Shown here: positions 52,740-64,000 of the stretch, piece by piece | Layout: each line of letters opens with the position of its first letter | Numbering within the stretch: the stretch's first letter is position 1 | Origin: Eledone cirrhosa | Taxonomy: Eukaryota | DNA length: 64,000 nt | Direction: 5' to 3' | NCBI GenBank assembly: GCA_964016885.1 | Contig: OZ024753.1 | Coordinates: 43,896,001 to 43,960,000, forward strand | The notes under the pieces: generated by a model | The model's database searches: none | What the model saw: only the letters and a program-made list of their open reading frames with translations | What the model was told of the DNA's origin: nothing | Position numbers and translations under genes: made by a program

Positions 52740-52960
52740 TCAATACTCTCCAAGTCGGAATACAACAGATTTCAGGGGAGGATAAAGAGTGAGAAAGAGA
52801 TATAGAGGAAGAATTGACTCCAGTAGTAGACTGGTACTTTTCCTATCGACCTTGAATGGATGATAGGCAAAGTTGACCTCAGTGGGATTTGAACTCGGAG
52901 AGCAGAGAGCTGAAAAAAATACTGCAAAGTATTCTATCAGACATTTCAATGACTCTGCAG
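52740..52960 (-). mobile_element. Old long-variant SINE family A
   Basis: ctggtac..atcgacc..ggcaaagttgacctc..gggatttgaactc. Confidence 0.7.
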
Positions 52961-52974
52961 TAGAATATCTATGT

Positions 52975-53190
52975 ATGTAAAAAGTAGATTGAAACAGCAA
53001 AGTAAAAAACACAGCACATGAGGAAATATATTAGTTTAACGCTTGATATAGTAGGAAAGTGTCTTAAAATTTCAGACACTAGTCCTTCATTGGAAGATTG
53101 AATGAGAAATAAATGAGGAAATAGAAAGATATAGAGTGAGAATAGGAAGGAGGGAATGGAAAGAAATATTCTTTGAGAAAGGTCTTGTTA
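52975..53190 (-). mobile_element. Penelope-like remnant of the 5398/45050 family with decayed hammerhead
   Basis: gcttgatatagtaggaaagtgtctt..ttcagacactagtc shared with 5462-5506. Confidence 0.6.
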
Positions 53191-53766
53191 TCTGCTGTGT
53201 TACCTATAGCAGCTGAATGCGAAAACTTCAATTATCCTGGAATGGTGTAAGAAAGAACTAACACCTAAGTATTTTAGTCCATTTCAGTAAGTATGACAGT
53301 TGTCTTGCATAATCTAATAGAAGTAAGATAGTTCTCCATTTAGTACTATGTTAGTAGATACCTGCTTTGAGTTCTAATAAATCATCAGTAGTCTTAGACA
53401 AGAATAGTTTCAAACTTTCATTAAATCTAATAAGATGAAATGAGCAACCTTTATTTACATTAATCTTCTGCTTTCTACAATATTTTTTTTTGTTTTACCT
53501 GCCTAGAATTCAGTCATTTACCAAAGCCATTCTTCTCAAGCAACCACTAATGTTCACCTCATCACTTTTCCGTCTAGAACAAATTTTTTTTTTGTCTATA
53601 TACTGTATTACATCTTTGGTGTTTTATTGGGGTTTTTTTTTTTTCAATTCTTGCATGGGTGAATATTTCTTTACCAAATATTATATATTTGCATACAATT
53701 GGAACTATATGTGTTTTACCAGTTAAATATCTATCTGTGTGGGAGGAAAAGAATAACTTTTTTTTG

Positions 53767-53898
53767 CCAATTTTACAAAGCAGCAAGCAATGTTATATAA
53801 CTTATACGGCAATGTCTGTAGCAGATTTTAACCAATTTTACAAAGCAGCAAGCAATGTTATATAACTTATACGGCAATGTCTGTAGCAGATTTTAACC
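53767..53898. repeat. Perfect 65-bp tandem duplication
   Basis: ccaattttacaaagcagcaagc..gcagattttaa x2. Confidence 0.9.
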
Positions 53899-53969
53899 TT
53901 TGATTGAATAAGTACTACCCAGCTCTTTATGTCTAAAATATACAGCCTCTAAAATATATTAGACGAAAG

Positions 53970-54235
53970 TCTAAAGTCTGTCTCAATCTCAGATACTCAT
54001 CAGTCTGGTGCTTATCACAGTTTCCATGACTTTAAGTGACTGAGTACAAGACTCCCCAGTCTATCACAGGGTTTAATTCCCCAGCTATTCATGGTACCCA
54101 TTTTCAGCTGAGTATACTGGAGCAACGTGAAATAAAGTGTTTTACTCAGAACACAACACACAACCCAATCCAGGAATCAGACCCACAACATTATGATTGT
54201 AAATCCAACATCTTTACCATTAAGCCCTGTTCCCC
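53970..54235 (-). mobile_element. CORE-like SINE
   Basis: Colinear with 8662-8943. Confidence 0.7.
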
Positions 54236-54364
54236 CACATTAAAATATACTAGACATATTAGATATATAATCATTGAGAAAAGGGTATATTACTACAAGG
54301 TAGAAAGGATGGTGTAGCAGGTAATACTGGCTGTTTTCCATGGTAATATTTTTGCCATCTTGTC

Positions 54365-54624
54365 TGTAGGGAGTACAGCTAAGATGTACCACCCAGCTAA
54401 AGGTATACAGCTTACTCCCTTTCCATCGTATGTGGGGAGTGCAGTTAAGCGATACCACCCAGCTTAAGGTGTACAGCTTGCTTCTTTTCCATCTTATGTG
54501 GGGAGTGAAGCTAAGAGATACCACCCAGCTAAAGGTGTACAGCTTGCTTCTTTTCCATCTTATGTGGGGAGTGCAGCTAAGAGATACCACCCAGCTAAAG
54601 GTGTACAGCTTGCTTCTTTTCCAT
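54365..54624. repeat. 66-bp tandem repeat x4
   Basis: atgtggggag at 54430, 54496 and 54562, plus a diverged first unit. Confidence 0.9.
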
Positions 54625-55124
54625 TTTCTACCACTCATGTTTTATTTTTTTTTCCAAAATATTTTTTCTCTCTTTCTCTCACCTTTTATTTCTTCTTCCT
54701 CTCTTTTTCTCTTCCTAAATAAATAAATAAATATAGTTTTCATTATTTTTCCTACATTTTTGAGGAGGAATAATAAAACTCACCAGAGGCTATAATAATC
54801 CTAATCAGTTATAAAGTAACAGACTAGATGACTAACAGTTATAAATTTCATCTTTTTGAAACACCATTGTAGTTGATTATGTCTTTCATCTTTTCAGTTG
54901 GAGGTAAAAAAGGTCCTTGTTTCGACAAACTATAATTTTTCATCAAACCCATAAAATGTGGCCTAATGCCCAGTCAATAAAAACACATAAAAAACAAACA
55001 AGATAATAATTATGGCCGCTTGTGATCATGTAATGTTAACATTTTTTTTTCATGTCTCTGATTTTGAAAATTCTTACCAAAATTTGAGAACTTTTGTTTC
55101 TCCAAATCAATTTCTGTTTCAGTG

Positions 55125-55465
55125 ATCAACAACAACAACAGCATCAACAAAAACAAAGGCATCATCATCAACAACAGCAGCAGCATCAACAAAAACAACA
55201 GCATCATCATCATCATTATCATTGTCCTTATCATTGTTATCTGTGTTGTCACTCATCATCATCACCACCACCATCATCATCATCATCATCATTATCATCA
55301 TCATCACTAAGCATTGTCGTGTTTGTCATTGCCATCATCATCATCAACATCTGTATCACCATCTTCATTTGTATCGCCATCACTGACACTATCATCATCA
55401 TCATCAACATCTGTATCACCATCTTCATCATTTGTATCATCATCATCATCCTCATCATCACCATG
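55125..55465. repeat. (CAT)/(CAA) microsatellite
   Basis: Direct observation. Confidence 0.9.
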
Positions 55466-55489
55466 TCATAAGTCAGCTAAAAATGTTGG

Positions 55490-57273
55490 TTTATATTTAG
55501 TTTATATAGCTATTAATATTTAGTTTATATAGCTGTATATATTTAGTTTATATAGCTGTATATATTTAGTTTATATAGCTGTATATATTTAGTTTATATA
55601 GCTGTATATATTTAGTTTATAATGCTGTATATATTTAGTTTATATGGCTATTTATATTTAGTTTATAATGCTGTATATATTTAGTTTATATGGCTGTATA
55701 TATTTAGTTTATAAGGCTGTATATATTTAGTTTATATAGCTGTATATATTTAGTTTATATAGCTGTATATATTTAGTTTATATAGCTGTATATATTTAGT
55801 TTATATAGCTGTATATATTTAGTTTATATAGCTGTATATATTTAGTTTATATAGCTGTATATATTTAGTTTATAATGCTGTATATATTTAGTTTATATAG
55901 CTGTATATATTTAGTTTATATAGCTGTATATATTTAGTTTATATAGCTGTATATATTTAGTTTATATAGCTGTATATATTTAGTTTATATAGCTGTATAT
56001 ATTTAGTTTATATAGCTGTATATATTTAGTTTATATAGCTGTATATATTTAGTTTATATAGCTGTATATATTTAGTTTATAATGCTGTATATATTTAGTT
56101 TATATGGCTATTTATATTTAGTTTATAATGCTGTATATATTTAGTTTATATGGCTGTATATATTTAGTTTATAAGGCTGTATATATTTAGTTTATATAGC
56201 TGTATATATTTAGTTTATATAGCTGTATATATTTAGTTTATATAGCTGTATATATTTAGTTTATATAGCTGTATATATTTAGTTTATATAGCTGTATTTA
56301 TTTAGTTTATATGGCTATTTATATTTAGTTTATAATGCTGTATATATTTAGTTTATATAGCTGTATATATTTAGTTTATATAGCTGTATATATTTAGTTT
56401 ATATAGCTGTATATATTTAGTTTATATAGCTGTATATATTTAGTTTATATGGCTATTTATATTTAGTTTATAATGCTGTATATATTTAGTTTATATGGCT
56501 GTATATATTTAGTTTATATAGCTGTATATATTTAGTTTATATAGCTGTATATATTTAGTTTATATAGCTGTATATATTTAGTTTATATAGCTGTATATAT
56601 TTAGTTTATATGGCTATTTATATTTAGTTTATAATGCTGTATATATTTAGTTTATATAGCTGTATATATTTAGTTTATATAGCTGTATATATTTAGTTTA
56701 TATAGCTGTATATATTTAGTTTATATAGCTGTATATATTTAGTTTATATAGCTGTATATATTTAGTTTATATGGCTATTTATATTTAGTTTATAATGCTG
56801 TATATATTTAGTTTATATGGCTGTATATATTTAGTTTATATAGCTGTATATATTTAGTTTATATAGCTGTATATATTTAGTTTATATAGCTGTATATATT
56901 TAGTTTATATAGCTGTATATATTTAGTTTATATAGCTGTATATATTTAGTTTATATGGCTATTTATATTTAGTTTATAGAGCTATTTATATTTAGTTTAT
57001 ATGGCTGTATATATTTAGTTTATAGAGCTATTTATATTTAGTTTATATGGCTGTATATATTTAGTTTATATGGCTATTTATATTTAGTTTATAATGCTGT
57101 ATATATTTAGTTTATATGGCTATTTATATTTAGTTTATATGGCTGTATATATTTAGTTTATATGGCTATTTATATTTAGTTTATAATGCTGTATATATTT
57201 AGTTTATATGGCTATTTATATTTAGTTTATATGGCTGTATATATTTAGTTTATATGGCTGTTTATATTTAGTT
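55490..57273. repeat. 23-bp satellite, ~77 units
   Basis: Unit tatatttagtttatatagctgta. Confidence 0.96.
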
Positions 57274-58428
57274 TTCTTTCTTTTTGTGTTTCATTTCCTT
57301 TTTAAAAAATAAAGGAAATATATTTCTTCAAACTTTACAAATTTATGTTCCAAATTGATTCCTGACACTGTCACATTCTTCATTCTCCAGTCAATTGGGA
57401 AATAACAATTTTCTTCTACTTCCACGTTTAGTTCTAGCATAGGAATGGCACATTCCTTCGCTCATTCATATATTATTTGCCAGATCTCTAGACCTAACTT
57501 AAACTCTAATGCCAAGGCTGTCACACACCATCTAACTTCATCTAATACATGCACATTTTACTGCACTTCCATTCCCATAAAAACAAACTTTGTGCCTGAT
57601 AAGAAATAAATTAAATTTTGTTTGTCATTGCATTTTATTTAATTGTACTCCATCTTTTAAAATTGGGGATGAACAAATTGAAGCCAAAGAAAATGTGTGT
57701 AAACAACAAAATACAAAATATTCAACAATATCGAAACATAAATTGGAATTGAAAAATAAATTTGTTAAATTTTGCATGTCTTGGCAGGCACTTAGTGTAC
57801 TGGAGGAGAGACTAACATGTTACTTCAGACACTAAAGTTTCAATTTAAAACAACAAAGTTATTTCAGACACTAACTCATCCCAGCGTGGAAAAATAGACG
57901 TTAAATGGTGATGATGATAACTAAAGTTTCAATCTAAAACAACTCTGTTCTGTTTGTATTTCTGTTTCTATCAATAAAATAGTTATGGCTCCTTAATTCT
58001 TTATTATTATGGCTTAATTAGAAGAGGAAGATGACAGCTAGACATTTAAAAAGGAACTGTGTGAAAGGGTGTGGTCTAGTAGTTAGAGAATTGGCCTCAT
58101 GATTAGAAGGTCCAGCATTCAATTGCTGGATAAGGCGGTAAGGCATCATGTTGTGTTCTTGAACAAATATATGTGTGTACGAGCATGTGCATGTGTGTCT
58201 GCATTTATGTAAAACTTAGAGATTTTGCAAAAACGAGATCAATAGAATAAGTACCAGTTATATACATAGGTTGATTAAATTAGTATACACTCACCATTAC
58301 TTTAGATTTGTAGCTTTGTGACAATATGAAAAAAATCCCATTAATTATTTTTAATGTGCTGAATGTGAACATATTACATAAAGTGCCCCCCCACCACCAC
58401 CACCACCACCACATAGACCGCTTGGTAT

Positions 58429-58475
<47 letters not shown>

Positions 58476-58828
58476 GTGTGTGTATGTACTGTAAGTATTT
58501 TTCTATAGAGTCATAAGAGTTATTTAATCATATTTTATATGTGGGTGTATATATTTATAAACTATGAGCTTATTATATTTTTATTGTTCTTGGGTGAAGA
58601 TACCATTTAGAAAGTCTTTCCATCTTATGTCTCACTCTTTTCATTCTTTCTTCACCTTTTTTGCTTTTAGTTTTCAGTTGAAAACTATAAAATTTATTGC
58701 AAGCAAACATACTTATCTGCATCTTTAGAAAAACACTTTCACTTCTCTCTATTTCTCTCTATTTCTATCTATGAAGTAGTTTTAATATTCTAAAGAATAA
58801 CCTTTTATGTGCTACCTATTATTTTCAG

Positions 58829-58942
58829 ATTTATTTCTATTACCATAAAAGTTTCAAGACATCAGGTGCATTGCAGGACACAATGAATTGGTAAAAGCAT
58901 TATATTTGCAATGTAAAGTCATGTCAGAAGATCAGACCAAAA
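58829..58942 (+). other. Candidate host exon (possibly 5' UTR plus ATG at 58921)
   Basis: attattttcag acceptor, AA/gtgagt donor, non-repetitive context. Confidence 0.25.
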
Positions 58943-59382
58943 GTGAGTTTATATATTTACATATACTTTATCTTTCAAAATACAAAAATAAAACCACTTT
59001 AGTGTTGTTAATCAGAGTGTAATACTAATTCAAATTCTATGAAACCATTTAAAAGTATTTTAAAAAATTAAAATTTTATTTCTCATTCTTGAAATTAGTC
59101 TATTTGAAGAGTTAAAATTGTTAAAATATTTAACAGATAATCCAAAAGCTATGGCGTCAAATAGTTTCTTTTATTGAATTATGTAATCATATATAATCTT
59201 CTTTTGTCATTCTTTACATTTTACTACACACCTGGTGTAAAACAATACTATGTATTGGTTTACACCAGACTCTTGAATTATGCGAAGTCTTTGTCAGGAA
59301 TATTTGACTGTGATTACAATGATGATGATGATGATAATAATAAGGAACTAAAATTTGTTAAATTATATGAATACTATAAATG

Positions 59383-59429
<47 letters not shown>

Positions 59430-59704
59430 GAGAGAGAGAGATTTATGAATATTATAAGTGCAATATATATATATGAATATAGTTATGGGATGAAGCTTAT
59501 AAAATAAAATGGACACAGCTTCAATCATTTCCTCATTTGCTCAGTAATTTCTCCAGGAAAGTTAACCAGGAATCTTTAAAAATCTCTCCACCAAAGTTAA
59601 CAAAGAACTTATTAGATCTACAAAACCAAATTGTAAAATCATAATATTATAAAATTAAATGAAATTGTTTAGAACTACAAGTGAAGTCATTCTTTTCCTT
59701 TTTT

Positions 59705-59781
<77 letters not shown>

Positions 59782-59861
59782 TATATATATATACTATATA
59801 TAAATTTCCACCAGCACTAGAGTCCTCTCCCCTCTGTATCAGTTTTTATTTGGAGTGTCTA

Positions 59862-59994
59862 CTCTCCTAGATAGGTTGCCTTCACTATAGTTTACAGAGC
59901 TCTATGTCTGCCCTGTGCAGTCGTTATTAATCAGAATCACTGCCCTCCTAGATGGGTTGCCTTCACTATAGCTTACAGAGTTCATATCTGCCCC
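59862..59994. repeat. ~50-bp spaced duplication, possibly an RTE 5'-UTR-like fragment
   Basis: ctcctagat(a/g)ggttgccttcactatag..tacagag..tctgccc x2. Confidence 0.5.
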
Positions 59995-62139
59995 ATATTA
60001 GAAATACAATTTAAGTGTAGGATTATTCTTGAACATTATTTTAATGTAATATTATTCACTGTTTCTCTGTATGGTTATGAGAATGTTGACTGAAACAGTA
60101 TTATTACTGTCTCTGACTCTGCAGTTGAAGAAAGATGAGACACTTCTTTCATTAGCAGAGAAATGAATACCAACACTTTGGCCAAGGAAATGGCAACACA
60201 TTATTTACACACATGGCTATATTTCAACAAACACTCAATTATTTTAAAATTTGCAGTAAACTCCTGAGAGAATAGAGACATTTTATTGCAAAAAAAGCAA
60301 AACAATTTAGAATATTGGAGATGTAATTGGTTTCATAGACATGTCACCTATAAGCCAGGCTACTCTAATTACATCTTATTTTGATGTCCTTAGAGATATA
60401 TCATAGGTTGTGTTTGATAGGTTATTGCCCTACCAAACAAAGCATTGATGTTACTGAGGGTGTGCTGCTAGTTGCATATTTTTGCCCTGTATTTATCTCT
60501 CAGTGAAAGGTCTGTGATCTAGTAGCTAGGGTGTAGAACATACCATCATAATATCATGGGCTTTATTCTGTCTGTTCAAAGCCAAAGGCTAGTGCTTTTC
60601 CCCAGTTTCTTTGGTATTAAGCGGCTAAGAGCACAAGCCTCTCTCTGGATAGGACACTGGTCTATTGCAGGTTTAACTTCCCAGATATTGTTGGTATTTA
60701 CTCTCAGCTGAATGTACTGGAGCAACATGAGATAAAGTGTTTTGCACAGAGCTGTAACAGATCGCACTATATATGCTGCCTGACTGTTTAACAATTGCAC
60801 CAATCTACTCCCACTATAGAATAAATATATAAATATATAAAGAAACAATATTGTGTGCAATGAAGGGAAAATATTCTATGTTCTAGGTTGTTTTTGGTAG
60901 TATTGTTCACTTCAGAAAAATGACTTCAATTTACTCAGGTATAAAATATGTATGAATGTGTTTCAAGTGACATTCACACAAATCTATCGTGAAGGCTCCA
61001 AGAAATTATGGTCACAACACAGGAATTTATAAACTCATTGTATGAAATAAGGAAGGTGGATTATATATATATATGATGATGATGTATATGTGTATCTATA
61101 TATTATATATATACATGTATTACATATAAACATACATACACACACATATACATGCATACATAAATACACATACACACAGCTGTCTTGAATTTTAGTATTG
61201 TCAAATTTTTATGTAATAACATATATTGTAAAGAGAGATTTGTTATATTTCTTTAAAAGCCACTTGAAAATTGCAAGAATGGTGAGATACATTCATTGAA
61301 TGTAGCTGTAAGCATTTGAAAATTTGTCAGAAAATTGCCTTCATTCTTTGAATAAATGCGCAAATACAAATTTTTTTCAAGCTTCTTCAAAATCACATTT
61401 GGTAAATGTTGGATTAGAATCTAAAGTTTTCTTCTCTATATTATCTATTTTTAAATGTTATTTTGATAAATAGAATTCAATACATGACAATTTTTTTTAA
61501 TGAATTTTAACTTCTATTTTTTAACTCTAATTTAGAATCTCACAACTTTCTTCCACTGAAAAGACCAACATTAAAAAAATGTCTTTATTTGAATAGATAG
61601 TGAGTCAAGAGAATTTTTGGAAAAGATTATCGTAGAATATTTAATTTATTCATAATTTTTTTACATTGCTCATCTGTGGAGCAACTCCCAAATGACTGTG
61701 TTTTTTATGGTGCTGTCTAAACACGCATTCACTTTTTAATAGTTACCATTGTGAAGTAGCATAATCATAGAGGACTATGTCACAATACACAAGCTGAATT
61801 CCAGTCTATAGCTGAGATTCCAATGTATTTATGTCACATGAGAGTGGTTTAGATGTTGAGCTACAAACTAGCTACACTTGGATTGTGAATTCTAATCCAC
61901 TGCAGTATGAGTTCAAATCCATTTTTAGTTGTGTTTAAGGTATCACAACCTCTACCATGATAAAACCAGTAAGTTTGTTGTCATTAGGAAGGGCATCCAG
62001 CTGTAGAAACGAAGTCAAAATTAGTTCTGATGAACAAAATATGGTCAACTGACCTGGCGTGTCTCACAACAGGACAACTCATCTAACCCATACAGGCATG
62101 GAAAAATGGAAGTTAAACGGTGATGATATATATATATTT

Positions 62140-62376
62140 AATTAGAAAGTGAACAACACAAAATATAACTACTCCATTACCAAAGGTTTCTGGATCACAG
62201 ACAATAATAACGTACGCCTGGATCATTCGTCAGACAGAGACGTTATCGATAAAAGATATGAAATGAGATTTAAAATCTGTTAAAATCTGGAAGTGAGGCT
62301 GGAAAAACAACTAAAATAATTAAATAGCTCTGTTCTATACATAGAGCACTCTTTTTTCCTTTGGAATTACCTAACA
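62140..62376 (-). mobile_element. TA-flanked Penelope-like remnant carrying a hammerhead
   Basis: Related to 1810-1990; contains the motif at 62172-62239. Confidence 0.65.
62172..62239 (-). ncRNA. Type I hammerhead ribozyme motif
   Basis: Minus strand: ctctgt-CTGACGA-atgatccaggcg..tgtctgtgatcca-GAAAcc-ttt-gGTA-atggag. Confidence 0.72.
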
Positions 62377-62423
62377 TATATATATATATATATATATATA
62401 ATTGTTTCTACATATAGAATAAT

Positions 62424-62825
62424 TGTTTCTACTTTAGGCACAAGGTCAGCAACTACCCAATGCATTACTGGTACTTTATTCTATCGACCCCGGAAGGATG
62501 AAAGGCAAAGTTAACCTCCCTTTTCAATAATCATTTCTACTTTAGGCACAAGGCCAGCAATTACCCAGTGCATTACTGGTACTTTATTCTATCGACCCCG
62601 GAAGGATGAAAAGCAAAGTTAACCTCCCTTTTCAATAATCATTTCTACTTTAGGCACAAGGCCAGCAATTACCCAGTGCATTACTGGTACTTTATTTTAT
62701 CGACCCCGTAAGGATGAAAGGCGAAGTCAACCTCGGCGGGATTTGAACTCAGATCGTAAAGGGACGTAACTATGCTGGAAAGCATGGCGTCCGACCCTCT
62801 ACCGATACTGCCAATCCACCGCCCC
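62424..62825 (-). mobile_element. SINE A with two extra 3' halves inside one 18-bp TSD
   Basis: TSD ttctacatatagaataat at 62406-62423 and 62826-62843; 108-bp period. Confidence 0.88.
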
Positions 62826-63274
62826 TTCTACATATAGAATAATAGTTAAAAAGTATGTTCAGGATATCAGTGACAAAATAACCTATGTAATATATAACCC
62901 ATGCTAGTGTGGAGAATGGACGGTAAATGATGATGATGATGTTAACAAAATAAAACTAAGAAGGCTGCTATATTCTCACATATCTTGTGCATAAATGTGA
63001 AGCGTGGAATTTTAACTACAGTTTCGTAACTTTAGAAACAATATTGAAAAGACTAGAATATATTCATAAAATGTTGGATATTATGAGGAAATGTTGCAGT
63101 CATAGAGAGACATAAATAATAATTTATTTTCCATTATCTTCCAATGATTACAGGAAACATATTGTAATATCCTCCCATCTAAACTGCTTTTCTGGAATAA
63201 TTTCTAGCAGAATACATTTGCCATGAAAACATTTGGAAAAAGATGGTTGTATTTTTTGGGATAAAATGACATGC

Positions 63275-63315
<41 letters not shown>

Positions 63316-63468
63316 TCTCTATATATATATATATATAAATATATGATTTCCTGCAAATATAACAGTTCTAGTCCTATAGAAGCCATTTCTAGATTAAATT
63401 TGTTGATCACACTCTACAATGTATTGACTACCTTACCTATTGTGGTTACCCCCGATTGAACCCAAGAA

Positions 63469-63526
<58 letters not shown>

Positions 63527-64000
63527 GTGTATATATATAAATTGAAACTGGATTAACAGAATGTTAAGATAAATAGATATATGGGTGGATATATAATTAT
63601 GTACAAGTATATGTAGCAATATCTGGAGGTATGAAAGAAGAAAAATGAACTTAAAAAAACAACTGAACTAGCATAGGACCTCATTTGTTCTGAATCCAGT
63701 ACTTGTCATGGGGGAAGAGTCCTCAAATACTCCTTCGAGCTGGGGTCCTTTCAGAAGCAACCATCTCCAACTGATCTACCTGGATAATAAAAACCTACAA
63801 ATAAATTAATTAATCCAACAAAACATGCTAAGGAAGGGAATGTCATAGAGGACAAAGACAAAATGAAAGAATCATTTAATGTAAGTGTGTGAATTCACTG
63901 AAAATTCTATGGAAATGGTAAGAAACCTAAAGGAAACGGGAATAATGTAAGTAGCAGAATAAAAAGCTACACTAACAAAATACACTATGGACATTATCTT

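Overview
AT-rich, microsatellite-saturated eukaryotic DNA, intronic or intergenic. The repeat families resemble those I associate with octopus/coleoid genomes; this is inference and was not searched. No host protein-coding gene is supportable, and nearly all long ORFs are simple-repeat artefacts. The window is a dense mobile-element patchwork: two tRNA-headed SINE families (several young copies with clear TSDs), RTE-type LINE 3' ends, TTAA-flanked piggyBac-like MITEs (one seeding a 72-bp satellite), a 913-bp fold-back mariner built from two inverted 5' halves, and many mini/satellites. The most notable signal is a set of short non-coding (TA)n-embedded elements, often with long inverted repeats, carrying type I hammerhead-ribozyme motifs. 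These are complete at 34388-34456 (+), its mirror 34219-34287 (-) and 62172-62239 (-), and degenerate at several other sites. They are best explained as Penelope-like/retrozyme-like remnants.
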